A stretch of DNA of 64,000 nt, taken from assembly GCA_030390025.1 (NCBI GenBank), contig CM059431.1, forward strand, positions 99,822,001-99,886,000, given 5' to 3'. The position numbers were made by a program, and so were the translations under genes. Source of the stretch: Squalus acanthias. Lineage: Eukaryota. Below the pieces are notes generated by a model. It ran no database searches. It was not told where the DNA came from and saw only the letters and a list, made by a program, of their open reading frames with translations. Each line of letters starts with the position of its first letter. Within the stretch, counting starts at the first letter, position 1. Positions 63,178 to 64,000 of the stretch are shown here, one piece after another.

Positions 63178-64000
63178 GGGGTAAAAATTAGGTCGCGCCC
63201 CATTTGGGGCGCAAATATCGTCTGGACGCAAATATTAGTGCCTGGCGCTAATTATCGGCACTGACTGGAAACTTCACTTTTACCGCCCCGGGAGGTGAGT
63301 GGAGCGCTAAATCAGGCGCTGCACACCTGTCTTAAGGCGCAAAGGCCAAGGAGTGAGGCGCTAACTCAGAGCGCTGGCGAAGCTCATGTAATGTCAGTCA
63401 GCAATGGAACACACACACAATGGCACGGGCCAGTTCTTAAAGGGGATGGTTAATCTTGCTTTCCATCCACATCCTGTTCATTGCAGCCTTGAATCTCGGC
63501 CTGGAGAGACTTGCACATCAAATGTGCTGGAAAGAACAATGGAGAGTACCAGGCAAAGAGCTCAGAGTGCAGCTCCCACAGTCTCTGCTAAATCGATACA
63601 AGGAATGGCAAATCAAAATGAACCTGCAAAGTGCTGCTCAGTACCCAAAACTCCTTCACACAACGTTGAATCTCTCCAGAAGTCTCTCCCTCTCTCTCTC
63701 AGAATGCGTAGTTCAAAAATGCCACCAACAATAAAAGACAGGAAGAGGCCCCCTTTAAATAGCGCCCCCCCCAGCCCCACAGCGATTGATAGCGTTCCAG
63801 TCTTCTGGTCGTTGCTAGCGTCAGGCGGTAAGGCAGGGGGCGCCACTCAATTTCCGCTCCGGGGTGCCACAAGGGCGTTGCACCATGGAATGACGTCACA
63901 ATCTGCGCGCGCAGGTGGTCGCAGCGGTAAAGTTTAGCGCCGCCGCACAATGTCTAGTTAAGTTCCCGAGCGGCGCAAACATCGCTGCACCCGGGCGTTA
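63178..64000. mobile_element. GC-rich Harbinger-like non-autonomous element, right end outside the window
   Basis: Starts GGGGTAAAAATT directly after the CR1 tail; repeated gcgct/gcgcc subterminal motifs resemble 10158 and 34663-34945. Confidence 0.5.

Noticed and set aside
63404..63937. 177-aa ORF as a host gene
   Set aside because: No recognisable domain; it lies within a probable non-autonomous DNA element.

Overview
Eukaryotic, repeat-dense vertebrate DNA. The repeat complement (HE1-type V-SINE, DeuSINE, shark-type CR1) points to a cartilaginous fish, probably a shark. Host genes: the last two coding exons of FGF14 (+, 13565-13763 and 21831-21967) with a probable ~3.8-kb 3' UTR, and the terminal exon of ITGBL1 (-, 32657-32748), tail-to-tail as in other vertebrates. 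The ORF track misses the ITGBL1 exon. Most other sequence is mobile DNA: CR1 and L2 LINE fragments, three SINE families, Harbinger-type DNA elements and MITEs, and Penelope-like (PLE) relics. There is a 500-N gap at 35508-36007. Highlights: (1) a 221-bp insertion with a target-site duplication (TSD) that forms a ~190-bp palindrome carrying two minimal hammerhead ribozymes; (2) a 33-bp minisatellite born inside a DeuSINE at three loci (21, 22 and >=155 units), with a visible seeding microhomology and a 990-bp higher-order repeat; (3) other minisatellites inside LINE 3' tails; (4) a Harbinger element that keeps a spliced Myb/SANT gene while its transposase is reduced to a 55-aa remnant; (5) a base-paired stem in the proximal FGF14 3' UTR. 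All family and orthology assignments come from motif recognition; no database search was run.
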